Of a stretch of DNA of 20,000 nucleotides, positions 1-7,687 are shown piece by piece. The notes under the pieces were generated by a model that made no database searches, had not been told where the DNA came from, and worked only from the letters and a program-made list of their open reading frames with translations. A program made the position numbers and the translations under genes. Source of the DNA: an uncultured virus (IMG/VR IMGVR_UViG_3300034082_000804). Lineage: Duplodnaviria > Heunggongvirae > Uroviricota > Caudoviricetes. The stretch lies in the IMG/VR virus record IMGVR_UViG_3300034082_000804, positions 55,874 through 75,873 of that record. One strand, 5' to 3'. Every line of letters begins with the position of its first letter. Position 1 is the stretch's first letter.

Positions 1-123
1 CAAAAATATATTGATGTTGAACACAGCATGGCTAAATTTATTCCAGCAGACAAATTAGTTGAATTGGACGTTGTTGGCCTACAAGGCAACATTGCTCCAA
101 ATGGCATGATGATCATCGACTAA
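1..123 (+). CDS. 3' end of an upstream hypothetical protein (partial)
   Basis: Frame 1 is open from base 1 (QKYIDVEHSMAKF...NGMMIID*). Its TAA at 121-123 overlaps the next ATG (TAATG). Confidence 0.75.
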   Translation, partial: QKYIDVEHSMAKFIPADKLVELDVVGLQGNIAPNGMMIID

Positions 124-1049
124 TGAAAAACATCCTAATCATTGGCGGTAATGGTTATGTTGGATCTAGACTAAGGCAAGTATTGGCACAGACCTACACT
201 GTAGAAAGTGTAGACTGTTGCTGGTACAACTATGATGAAACGTCTAAGAGAACTGACTACCACAAACTTGATGCTACCTATCTAGGGCAATTTGATGCTG
301 TAGTTTTACTAGCAGGCCACAGTAGTGTAGCAAGCTGTGTTGGTCCTATTGCTAGTCCGTGGTTAAACAATGTTACTAACTTTACTAACCTAGTGGCTAA
401 ACTAAGTTGGAAAGATATTCCGTTGATCTATGCTAGTTCAGCTAGTGTATACGGCAACAGCCTACCTGGGCAACTGTTTACTGAAGACAACCGTCAGTTT
501 ATTCCTGTGAACAATTATGACATTACCAAATATACCTTAGACCTAGAAGCCAAAGTTGCCATTGGCAATGGGCAACCTGTAATTGGTCTACGCTTTGGTA
601 CAGTCAACGGTTGGGCACCTAACCTACGTGCTGATGTAATGATCAATGCTATGTATGATGCGGTTAGAACACAAGGTAAAATCACAGTAACTAATAAACA
701 TATCAATCGTGCCTTGCTAGGCATTGAAGATCTGTGCCGTGGCATTGCTCGGTGTATCGAACAGCCAGTGAGTGGTATCTACAATATGGCCAGTTTCAAT
801 GCCACAGTTGACTATATTGCCGCCACTGTGGCCAATGAACTAGCTGTGCCTGTAGTTGATCGTGGTAAGACTGCTAATGCCTATGACTTTGGCCTAGACA
901 CTACATTATTTGAACAAACGTTTGGCTTTACATTTACTGAAACTCCTAGTACAATAGTTAATAGCCTAAAAGAAAAATATGCGGACGCACACATTGAACG
1001 CCGCGATAATTACATGACATATCAATGGGAAAAAGAATATGATCGATAA
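123..1049 (+). CDS. NAD-dependent epimerase/dehydratase (extended SDR, nucleotide-sugar modifying)
   Basis: N-terminal GGNGYVG Rossmann motif, YASSASVYG, catalytic YxxxK (YDITK), LRFGTVNG. Confidence 0.9.
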   Translation: MKNILIIGGNGYVGSRLRQVLAQTYTVESVDCCWYNYDETSKRTDYHKLDATYLGQFDAVVLLAGHSSVASCVGPIASPWLNNVTNFTNLVAKLSWKDIPLIYASSASVYGNSLPGQLFTEDNRQFIPVNNYDITKYTLDLEAKVAIGNGQPVIGLRFGTVNGWAPNLRADVMINAMYDAVRTQGKITVTNKHINRALLGIEDLCRGIARCIEQPVSGIYNMASFNATVDYIAATVANELAVPVVDRGKTANAYDFGLDTTLFEQTFGFTFTETPSTIVNSLKEKYADAHIERRDNYMTYQWEKEYDR

Positions 1050-2253
1050 CGCAAAAGAATTAACCGAGTGCCTGTGCTGTGGAAGCCAGCATTTAGAATT
1101 AACTCTAGACCTAGGCATACAGCCAATGGCCAATAGTTTTATTAAAACAGAAGAAGAAGCCGAGCTAACATTCCCATTGGTGTTAAATCGTTGTACAGAA
1201 TGTAGTCATTTACAATTAAGTCATGCTGTTAATCCAGACCTACTATTCCGCAACTACCTGTATGTAAGCGGTACTAGTCAAACACTTAAAGACTACTTTG
1301 ATTGGTTTGCTAACTACAGTTTAGGATTCTTTAGCGAAAAGCCTAAGTCAGTGTTGGACATTGCCTGTAATGATGGTACACAGTTAGATTCATTTAAAAA
1401 GATTGGCTTAACTACCTACGGTGTTGACCCAGCAACCAATCTACATCCAATCAGTAGCAAGAATCATGAAGTTATCCTAGATTACTTTACAGCGGCTCAC
1501 GTAGAAGGATTAAAAGCCAAGAGCATTGATATTATCAATGCGCAGAACGTATTTGCGCACAACGACTATCCTTTAGACTTTTTACTACAATGTAAAGAAA
1601 TTATGCATGATAACAGCGTCTTGTTTATTCAAACTAGTCAAGCTGACATGGTTAAGAACAATGAGTTTGACACTATCTATCACGAACACCTAAGTTTCTT
1701 CTGTGCTAACAGCATGAATGAACTAGCTCGTCGTGCTGGCTTAAATTTAATTGACATTACTAAAACACCAATCCATGGTAATAGCTATGTGTTTGTGTTT
1801 AGTAAACATCCTAGCACAGATGGCAAAGTTGAACAGGTACTAGCAGAAGAACGTGTCGCAGGGTTACAAACACCGCAAACATACATCGACTATGCTCGCA
1901 AAGCTCAACAGGTTGTTGTTGACTTAAAAGAAGCTATTGCTGAATATCGCAGTCAAGGTTATGTAGTTGCTGGCTATGGTGCGGCTGCCAAAGGTATGAC
2001 ATTACTTAACTTTGGCAACATTGACCTAGACTTTGTTATTGATGACAATCCGCTCAAACAAAGTTTATTCTGTCCAGGTGTACACACTCCTGTGGTATCA
2101 ATTGATGTATTAGATGAATGTCAGGATCTTAATGTAGCATTTGTTCCTTTAGCATGGAACTTCTTCACAGAGATAAGTACAAAGATCAAAACAAAACGTG
2201 ATAAACAAGGCGATGTGTTTATCCGTTATTTCCCAACTATAAAGGTAGAATAA
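1039..2253 (+). CDS. NDP-hexose C-methyltransferase (zinc-binding N-terminus, SAM domain, C-methyltransferase C-terminal domain)
   Basis: CLCC...LDLGIQPMANSF...CTECSHLQL zinc domain; VLDIACNDG SAM motif; FDTIYHEHLSFF; GYGAAAKG; LAWNF. Confidence 0.9.
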   Translation: MIDNAKELTECLCCGSQHLELTLDLGIQPMANSFIKTEEEAELTFPLVLNRCTECSHLQLSHAVNPDLLFRNYLYVSGTSQTLKDYFDWFANYSLGFFSEKPKSVLDIACNDGTQLDSFKKIGLTTYGVDPATNLHPISSKNHEVILDYFTAAHVEGLKAKSIDIINAQNVFAHNDYPLDFLLQCKEIMHDNSVLFIQTSQADMVKNNEFDTIYHEHLSFFCANSMNELARRAGLNLIDITKTPIHGNSYVFVFSKHPSTDGKVEQVLAEERVAGLQTPQTYIDYARKAQQVVVDLKEAIAEYRSQGYVVAGYGAAAKGMTLLNFGNIDLDFVIDDNPLKQSLFCPGVHTPVVSIDVLDECQDLNVAFVPLAWNFFTEISTKIKTKRDKQGDVFIRYFPTIKVE

Positions 2254-2255
2254 GA

Positions 2256-2918
2256 ATGACCGCAGAAGAACTAGTACAGGCACGCATTGAAGCGATTGCC
2301 AATAAAGAAATATTAGCCAACAGCCAAATGAGTGAATACATTAAACCACTAGCAGAATATGCTAAGGGCTGTGATCACATCACCGAGATGGGTGTGGCAA
2401 TTGTCTGTAGTACATGGGCATGGCTAAGTGCTAAACCTAAACGACTAGTAAGTGTAGACATTGATCACTTATGTCCAGTAGACGAAGTGCGTGGTGTAGC
2501 CAAAGACCTAGGCATTGACTTTGAGTTTGTTGCTGGTGATACCAATCATGGTGTTACAGCAGAGTTAAACAAACATTGCCCATGGCTAAACAACGAAGAA
2601 CATCGCGGTGAATGGAATGCTGGTAAACCAATTCCTTACTACAACTGCGAGCCCACTGATTTACTGTTCATCGACACTTACCATCACTATGCTAGCCTAG
2701 CACGTGAGTTTGAACTACACGCACCCAAGGCTAAGAAATACATCATTCTACATGACACAGTAACATTTGGTCGTCGTGGTGAAGGTGATGACCATAAAGG
2801 TCTAATGGCTGCTGTTGAAGAATTCTTAGCGGCTAACCCACAGTGGGCCACTGAAAAGGTATATGAGTCAGCACCTGGCTTGTATATTATGAAACGTGTA
2901 GGACCAGATCCAGTTTAA
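2256..2918 (+). CDS. Class I SAM-dependent methyltransferase (Methyltransf_24-like)
   Basis: ITEMGV...ST, VSVDID, DLLFIDTYHHY, YIILHDT motifs. Confidence 0.75.
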   Translation: MTAEELVQARIEAIANKEILANSQMSEYIKPLAEYAKGCDHITEMGVAIVCSTWAWLSAKPKRLVSVDIDHLCPVDEVRGVAKDLGIDFEFVAGDTNHGVTAELNKHCPWLNNEEHRGEWNAGKPIPYYNCEPTDLLFIDTYHHYASLAREFELHAPKAKKYIILHDTVTFGRRGEGDDHKGLMAAVEEFLAANPQWATEKVYESAPGLYIMKRVGPDPV

Positions 2919-2919
2919 C

Positions 2920-3669
2920 ATGAAGAAAACAATTCTTTGTCATTTCTATAATGAAGAGTACATGCTACCATGGTTTTTAAATCACCACAAGGAGATTTTT
3001 GATCATGGTATTATGATTGATTATCACAGCACTGATCGTAGTCGCGAGATAATTAAAGAAATATGTCCAACGTGGGACATTGTAACTAGTCGTAATCCAA
3101 ACTTCCAAGCAGACACAATTGACTACGAAGTTATGGACATTGAGCAGTCAATCGAAGGGTGGCGCATTTGTCTTAATGTAACAGAACTATTGATTGGAGA
3201 TTATTCAATCTTAGACGAACAGCCAGGGCAACACTTACTACCTAGCGTCTTTTTTGTAGATTGTGACAGAACAAGACCAGTTAGCCAAGATAGGCCTTTA
3301 TACGAGCAAAAGACAGATGGCTTCTCCTTTGACCAATATTTCCGTGAACGCCGGGCTCGTAGCATTCATAATGTTCCTGTACAGTATCCTGTACCAGGCA
3401 GACACTATGAAAATTATACCACGGACAAGTTGGTTGTATTCTATTACGGATGGTGCCCGTTTAATGATCTAGCACTAGCACGTAAGCTACAGATACAAAC
3501 ACAGATACCGTTAGTGGATCGTCAACGTAATTGGGGCTTCCACCATATTACCAATAAAGAAACACTTGAATATCGATTAGAAAATGAGTTTATGCCTAGG
3601 TGTAGAGACTTATCAGAGGAAATCAAACAGTATGTCAATAAGCACAAAGATCTTTCAAATATACTTTAA
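2920..3669 (+). CDS. Glycosyltransferase family 2-like protein
   Basis: N-terminal FYNEEYMLPWFLNHH...MIDYHSTDRS GT-A signature. The usual DxDE motif appears replaced by NVTE. Confidence 0.7.
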   Translation: MKKTILCHFYNEEYMLPWFLNHHKEIFDHGIMIDYHSTDRSREIIKEICPTWDIVTSRNPNFQADTIDYEVMDIEQSIEGWRICLNVTELLIGDYSILDEQPGQHLLPSVFFVDCDRTRPVSQDRPLYEQKTDGFSFDQYFRERRARSIHNVPVQYPVPGRHYENYTTDKLVVFYYGWCPFNDLALARKLQIQTQIPLVDRQRNWGFHHITNKETLEYRLENEFMPRCRDLSEEIKQYVNKHKDLSNIL

Positions 3670-4465
3670 GCCAGAGCTAGAGCAACATTGTGATCCGTTG
3701 TTTACTCCGTTGGATAACACTAGTAATCCGCGACCAGAACTACGTGAGTGGGATGTCTGGGATAGAGAACATGATCGTATCCTAGCTGAAAACTTGGACC
3801 ATTGGGGTTACGTCAGCTGGAAGTTTAAAGATAAAACAAACTTGACAGCGCAACAGGCCTTGGCACACATCACAGCCAATCCGGGGTTTGATGTTTATCT
3901 GTTTAACCCCTGTATCTTAAATGAAGCAGTATTTGCCAACAGTTGGGAACAAGGTGACATACATCATCCGGGTATTAGTGATATTGGTAATATGTTTTTT
4001 GCTAAACTAGGCTACGAAGATGTTGATGTTAAAAGTATTTTATTAGATCGTACTCGTACAGTGTTTGCTAACTACGTAGTTGGTAATCGTAAATTTTGGA
4101 CAGAGTTTATGGATTTTAGCCGCCAGCTGTTTACAGAAGGTGCCAAGGATCCACAGTTCCGACATTTGGTATTTGGCGAGGGATTGAGTAACTATGCTCA
4201 CGACAAGAGTCTACCAAACTTTACATTCTTAATTGAAAGATTAATTCCTACATTCTTAGAATTAGGTGAATATAGTGTTTGTCCATACACATATACACAC
4301 GATACAATACCGGCCAAATATGAACCATATTTTGCTGATATTATGGCACTTTCGGACCTGAAATCGTCAGTAAATGCCTATGAAAGTGATGTTTTATTTA
4401 ACATCTGGAACCACTATAGAGCTAAGTTCTTAAATGATAATCCAGGTATTTTAGGTTTAGAGTAG
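3632..4465 (+). CDS. Hypothetical glycosyltransferase-like / polysaccharide-associated protein
   Basis: Start moved from 3584 to ATG 3632 (GAGGA at 3616-3620; MSISTKIFQIYF). Motifs LDN...ELRE...WGYVSWKF...FLIERL resemble proteins from glycan-synthesis clusters. Confidence 0.55.
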   Translation: MSISTKIFQIYFKPELEQHCDPLFTPLDNTSNPRPELREWDVWDREHDRILAENLDHWGYVSWKFKDKTNLTAQQALAHITANPGFDVYLFNPCILNEAVFANSWEQGDIHHPGISDIGNMFFAKLGYEDVDVKSILLDRTRTVFANYVVGNRKFWTEFMDFSRQLFTEGAKDPQFRHLVFGEGLSNYAHDKSLPNFTFLIERLIPTFLELGEYSVCPYTYTHDTIPAKYEPYFADIMALSDLKSSVNAYESDVLFNIWNHYRAKFLNDNPGILGLE

Positions 4466-4545
4466 TTATCCCGATCGACTCCAAGTTTTATACGTAGTAA
4501 AAGTCAGTTTAACTGGCATACATATAATACGTTCGGAGGGATTGC

Positions 4546-4770
4546 ATGACAAAATCTAACGTGACAGTAGTACCATTAGTAAGTAGTGGTGGCGGGCTTG
4601 GATATTATTGCGCAGGAAGACATTGCGCAGTACGAGATAAATGCCACAGACACACATCAGGTATCACACAGCCCAATGCTGTATTTGACGATTATGATAT
4701 CTTGATGTTATCAGAAGGGAGTTGTAGATTTTTCGTCAATGTCAAAGAAGCAAATCGCGTAAGCGATTAG
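4546..4770 (+). CDS. Small Cys-rich hypothetical protein
   Basis: GGAGG RBS at 4535-4539 and TATAAT at 4523-4528. CAGRHCAVRDKCHRH plus a C-terminal CRFF suggest a metal-binding microprotein. Confidence 0.65.
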   Translation: MTKSNVTVVPLVSSGGGLGYYCAGRHCAVRDKCHRHTSGITQPNAVFDDYDILMLSEGSCRFFVNVKEANRVSD

Positions 4771-4816
4771 CCTATCGGTAGTAAAATCAAACGTTAAAAA
4801 CCAAGGAGGTTTATGT

Positions 4817-5335
4817 ATGAGAGTTATCTCAAAAGTAATAACCTGGGCAATAATGTCCTTATGTGTAATATCAAGTAGTATAGCGCAGGCGAATGACAAA
4901 ACAAAAGAAAGCCAGCAGGTTATGTGCCTAGCACAGAATATCTATTATGAAGCTGGACTAGAATCATTTCAAGGAAAGGTTGCTGTGGCACAGGTTACAA
5001 TCAACCGCGCTGAAAGTAGGAACTTTCCCAAAACTATCTGTGGAGTTGTACATCAACGCACAGAGATCGCAGGTCGCATGATCTGTCAATTTAGCTGGAC
5101 ATGTAACCCAGTGAGTAAGATTAAGTATGTAAGTGATAGCTGGCAGGATAGTTTGCTAGTGGCACGTGCTACACTACATCATAATCTAAAACTAGATCAA
5201 CTCGATGACGCATTGTATTTTCACAATACACATGTTAATCCAAATTGGGGTCTAGAGCGTGTTGCCCGTATAGGTGGCCACATTTTCTACAGTAACGACC
5301 CTGCTCCAAGAAAAAATAAATCAAAAAACAGTTGA
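4817..5335 (+). CDS. Cell wall hydrolase, SleB/CwlJ family (Hydrolase_2) with N-terminal signal/anchor
   Basis: CLAQNIYYEA (catalytic Glu), GKVAVAQVTINR, FPKTICGVVHQ, CQFSW, ALYFH...PNW...IGGHIFY. Strong RBS AAGGAGGT. Confidence 0.92.
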   Translation: MRVISKVITWAIMSLCVISSSIAQANDKTKESQQVMCLAQNIYYEAGLESFQGKVAVAQVTINRAESRNFPKTICGVVHQRTEIAGRMICQFSWTCNPVSKIKYVSDSWQDSLLVARATLHHNLKLDQLDDALYFHNTHVNPNWGLERVARIGGHIFYSNDPAPRKNKSKNS

Positions 5336-5360
5336 CAATCTCGTTGCGTGGCTATATAAT
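5332..5360 (+). promoter_or_regulatory. Consensus sigma70 promoter (early)
   Basis: TTGACA 5332-5337, 17-nt spacer, TATAAT 5355-5360. Confidence 0.9.
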
Positions 5361-5366
5361 TACACT

Positions 5367-5582
5367 ATGAAACTAATTTATATAGCCACAGCAATGACAC
5401 AAAACGGTGATAGCATACAAGAGAATGCCTACACTAATGCCGAACAAGCACTAGTACAAGCAACTTTAATGTGTGAAGACATCAACCGTAATACAGACCT
5501 TAACGCACAACCAGACGTAGTTCCGATGGAATTATTTGAAGATGGTGATGTAGTATCGGATACTATTTCAACTGATGAGTAA
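5367..5582 (+). CDS. Small acidic hypothetical protein, probably leaderless
   Basis: ATG 5367 (MKLIYIATAM) lies 6 nt after the -10 box. The track start at 5274 overlaps the SleB gene and the promoter. Confidence 0.65.
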   Translation: MKLIYIATAMTQNGDSIQENAYTNAEQALVQATLMCEDINRNTDLNAQPDVVPMELFEDGDVVSDTISTDE

Positions 5583-5904
5583 TTTCGAAGACTCAAACTG
5601 GGGTCGGCACGGTAATCCAAATCCTGAATGGTGGTATCGTTACCCACGAGGTAGACGCGACCTACCATCAATATTCAGTCAAGATCCAGTAGATCCTACC
5701 TGGGACTTCTTAGACGGATTTGTAGACGACACACCCAAAGTTAGCCTGTTTACTATTGTGCTGATCCTAGTGGTTATTCTACTAGCATCTGGACTTAGTA
5801 TCACTGTTCGTGAACTGCTATATCAAGGCTTTGACTTTGCTCAAATTTGGTACAGCGGCGTAGATAGTATGCTAGACACATTCAATGTTCCAAAAGCGCC
5901 GTAA
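5575..5904 (+). CDS. Hypothetical single-pass membrane protein
   Basis: Overlaps the previous stop; hydrophobic segment LFTIVLILVVILLASGLSITV. Confidence 0.65.
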   Translation: MSNFEDSNWGRHGNPNPEWWYRYPRGRRDLPSIFSQDPVDPTWDFLDGFVDDTPKVSLFTIVLILVVILLASGLSITVRELLYQGFDFAQIWYSGVDSMLDTFNVPKAP

Positions 5905-5957
5905 CCGATAAATATTGTTTTAAGCGACACAATCGCAAACTTTAGAAAGGGCACAAA

Positions 5958-6104
5958 ATGTCAATAACTACAGAAGTAAAATTACCAAAAGAATCACTAG
6001 TTGAATCCAATTTACCAACCGGTACGGAAATTCCAAATGTCTGCCAGCCAGGCGATAAAGAATGTATAGCACGATTAGTACAGGCATTTTCAGACTGCGA
6101 TTAA
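5958..6104 (+). CDS. 48-aa hypothetical protein (not in ORF track)
   Basis: GAAAGGG RBS and upstream ATAAATA at 5908-5914. Sequence MSITTEVKLPKESLVESNLPTGTEIPNVCQPGDKECIARLVQAFSDCD*. Confidence 0.6.
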   Translation: MSITTEVKLPKESLVESNLPTGTEIPNVCQPGDKECIARLVQAFSDCD

Positions 6105-6111
6105 ATAACGG

Positions 6112-6140
6112 TTGACAACCCAACCAAAATAGCGTATAAT
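6112..6140 (+). promoter_or_regulatory. Consensus sigma70 promoter (early)
   Basis: TTGACA 6112-6117, 17 nt, TATAAT 6135-6140. Confidence 0.9.
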
Positions 6141-6172
6141 AGCACTTGTTTAGTTAATAAGGAGTGCGAATT

Positions 6173-6373
6173 ATGGGCTATGTAGTTTTTCAAAACGGCA
6201 AAGAATATGGCGCTCGTAAAGGCCTAGAAGGTCCATTCCATTATCCTAACGGTCGTGTATTGTACTACGATGCTCAAGCAGGCGAGTACTATGATCCTAC
6301 AACAGACTTCTACGTACCCAGCGATGAAGTAGCAGAACTCCAGCAATCAGTTTTTACTCAATTAGCACAATAG
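6173..6373 (+). CDS. Small hypothetical phage protein
   Basis: AAGGAG 6159-6164 favours ATG 6173. GLEGPFHYPNGRVLYYD...YYDPTTDFYV aromatic-rich domain. Confidence 0.8.
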   Translation: MGYVVFQNGKEYGARKGLEGPFHYPNGRVLYYDAQAGEYYDPTTDFYVPSDEVAELQQSVFTQLAQ

Positions 6374-6382
6374 GAGCACGAC

Positions 6383-6556
6383 ATGGCAGGCAAAGCAACT
6401 TCGGTATATCTTACAGTATCAATTAAAGAAACACACAAAACAGCTTTTCATAAACAATTCTTCAACATGACTGGTCTTAATCAGTATGTTGCTACAGATG
6501 AGTTTAAGGAAAAATACCCAACTACTGAATTTTACGTTACGAAAGAAACATACTAA
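6383..6556 (+). CDS. 57-aa hypothetical protein (not in ORF track)
   Basis: TAGGAG RBS at 6371-6376. MAGKATSVYLTVS...FYVTKETY*. Stop overlaps the next ATG (TAATG). Confidence 0.8.
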   Translation: MAGKATSVYLTVSIKETHKTAFHKQFFNMTGLNQYVATDEFKEKYPTTEFYVTKETY

Positions 6557-6783
6557 TGGCCATAGAGGTCATACGTGAAGTAACAGAATGGGTAGTTGAT
6601 TTCCGACAGCCAAATCATACATATTTGATGGACGGTGAAAAGGTTATTGGCTACCAACAATGGCACGAAGGCCCGCCAATCTACTTTGCCCGCAAGGGCA
6701 AGTTTGATAAAGCCAGACGTAAATTCATCAAAATTCCCCTGAAAGAAAGTGTGTTTAAAACGGTTGACATTTTGGTTAAATGA
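6556..6783 (+). CDS. Small hypothetical phage protein
   Basis: Coupled to the previous ORF; PNHTYLMDG motif. The 3' end runs through the next promoter. Confidence 0.75.
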   Translation: MAIEVIREVTEWVVDFRQPNHTYLMDGEKVIGYQQWHEGPPIYFARKGKFDKARRKFIKIPLKESVFKTVDILVK

Positions 6784-6820
6784 CTGTATAATGCTATACA
6801 TACACTAACAACACGGAGCA
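6762..6820 (+). repeat. ~60-bp promoter+leader+RBS direct repeat, copy 1 (copy 2 at 7267-7326)
   Basis: 34-nt identical core TGACTGTATAATGCTATACATACACTAACAACAC at 6781-6814 and 7286-7319, plus shared GGTTGAC, TTTTGGTTAAAT and GGAGCA. Confidence 0.95.
6764..6792 (+). promoter_or_regulatory. Consensus sigma70 promoter (early), repeat copy A
   Basis: TTGACA 6764-6769, 17 nt, TATAAT 6787-6792. Confidence 0.9.
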
Positions 6821-6824
6821 ACTA

Positions 6825-7112
6825 ATGAAAAATCTAGCACAATACATTGAACAGAAAAATGCTTGGGCACGTATTTTCAATAATGTGATCTATGATGTTA
6901 ATAACTTATCAGAACGTGATTGTCAAAATTTGTATGATAGTTTAGACAACGATCTAAGCCCAGAGAACTTAACCTGCGACGGTGAACGTAGCGGTGGACA
7001 AGTTCGTCAATTCGCACGTTTTTACAATGCGGCAGCAAAAGAGTTAGTTACAATTATTCGTGCTAACAACTACACAATTCCATACTCAGATTTCCGCGAA
7101 CTTAGTTACTAA
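6825..7112 (+). CDS. Hypothetical early phage protein
   Basis: GGAG RBS and its own promoter; LSPENLTCDGE motif. Confidence 0.85.
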   Translation: MKNLAQYIEQKNAWARIFNNVIYDVNNLSERDCQNLYDSLDNDLSPENLTCDGERSGGQVRQFARFYNAAAKELVTIIRANNYTIPYSDFRELSY

Positions 7113-7117
7113 ATCGG

Positions 7118-7146
7118 TTGACAACCTACCCAAATGATAGTATAAT
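7118..7146 (+). promoter_or_regulatory. Consensus sigma70 promoter with no conventional downstream ORF
   Basis: TTGACA 7118-7123, 17 nt, TATAAT 7141-7146. Flanks resemble the 6112 promoter (GGTTGACAACC...GTATAATAGCA). Confidence 0.88.
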
Positions 7147-7151
7147 AGCAT

Positions 7152-7262
7152 TTGACAGTTAGGAAACGATTTCAAAGTTTTAGGGTGTTGTTACATTTTA
7201 ATTTTATTAACGTTACTACTAAGGGTTGTTCCGGTCGTAACAACATCCTAAATTCCCTTAAA
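7152..7262 (+). ncRNA. Candidate structured small RNA or long structured leader
   Basis: Dedicated promoter and no ATG-initiated ORF. 16-bp stem 7179-7194/7237-7252 (one G-U). Loop TAAGGG 7220-7225 is complementary to CCCTTA 7255-7260. Confidence 0.5.
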
Positions 7263-7266
7263 TAAT

Positions 7267-7326
7267 GGTTGACTTTTGGTTAAATTGACTGTATAATGCT
7301 ATACATACACTAACAACACAGGAGCA
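7267..7326 (+). repeat. Promoter+leader+RBS direct repeat, copy 2 (sigma70 promoter TTGACT 7269-7274 / TATAAT 7292-7297)
   Basis: Near-identical to 6762-6820; 17-nt spacer. Confidence 0.95.
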
Positions 7327-7330
7327 CAAA

Positions 7331-7651
7331 ATGGACTTTCAAGCTATTCACAACGAAGCACAAACAGCAGCAACTAACGCTCAAAACGCATTTCTTAAAC
7401 AACACGGCGAAATAGCCTACTGTGGTTTTGCCTGGGTTAATGTGTACGTAGATCGTACTAACTCAACAGAAGCTAAAGGCTTACTTGCTGTTGGTTTTAA
7501 GAAAGATTATCGTCCTAAATGTTTAAACATGTGGAGTCCAGGTAACTACCATGGTCAAAGCATGGATGTGTTAGAAGAAGGTGCTCGTGCTTACGCAGAC
7601 GTACTTACTAAACACGGGTTCCGTGCTTATGCTGGTTCACGTGCTGACTAA
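7331..7651 (+). CDS. Hypothetical early phage protein
   Basis: AGGAG RBS and its own promoter; YCGFAWV...GQSMD..E.GA.AYA..L...G..AYAGSRAD pattern. Confidence 0.85.
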   Translation: MDFQAIHNEAQTAATNAQNAFLKQHGEIAYCGFAWVNVYVDRTNSTEAKGLLAVGFKKDYRPKCLNMWSPGNYHGQSMDVLEEGARAYADVLTKHGFRAYAGSRAD

Positions 7652-7658
7652 AAAGTAC

Positions 7659-7687
7659 TTGACAAACACCCAAAGAGGTGTTATAAT
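7659..7687 (+). promoter_or_regulatory. Consensus sigma70 promoter for the AAA ATPase, with a dyad in the spacer
   Basis: TTGACA 7659-7664, 17 nt, TATAAT 7682-7687; AACACC-N6-GGTGTT at 7665-7682. Confidence 0.9.

Noticed and set aside
4605..4632. Two TGCGCA palindromes able to form a hairpin with a GGA-containing loop
   Set aside because: Explained by two Cys-Ala codon pairs in the Cys-rich ORF; no independent support for a CsrA site.
7234..7243. GTCGTAACAA matches the conserved 16S rRNA 3' region
   Set aside because: Only 10 nt, with no flanking rRNA similarity. Compatible with chance; not an rRNA gene.
6762..7326. Direct repeats as a CRISPR array or att sites
   Set aside because: Two copies 505 bp apart that consist of promoter and RBS sequence; no regular spacers, cas genes or integrase.
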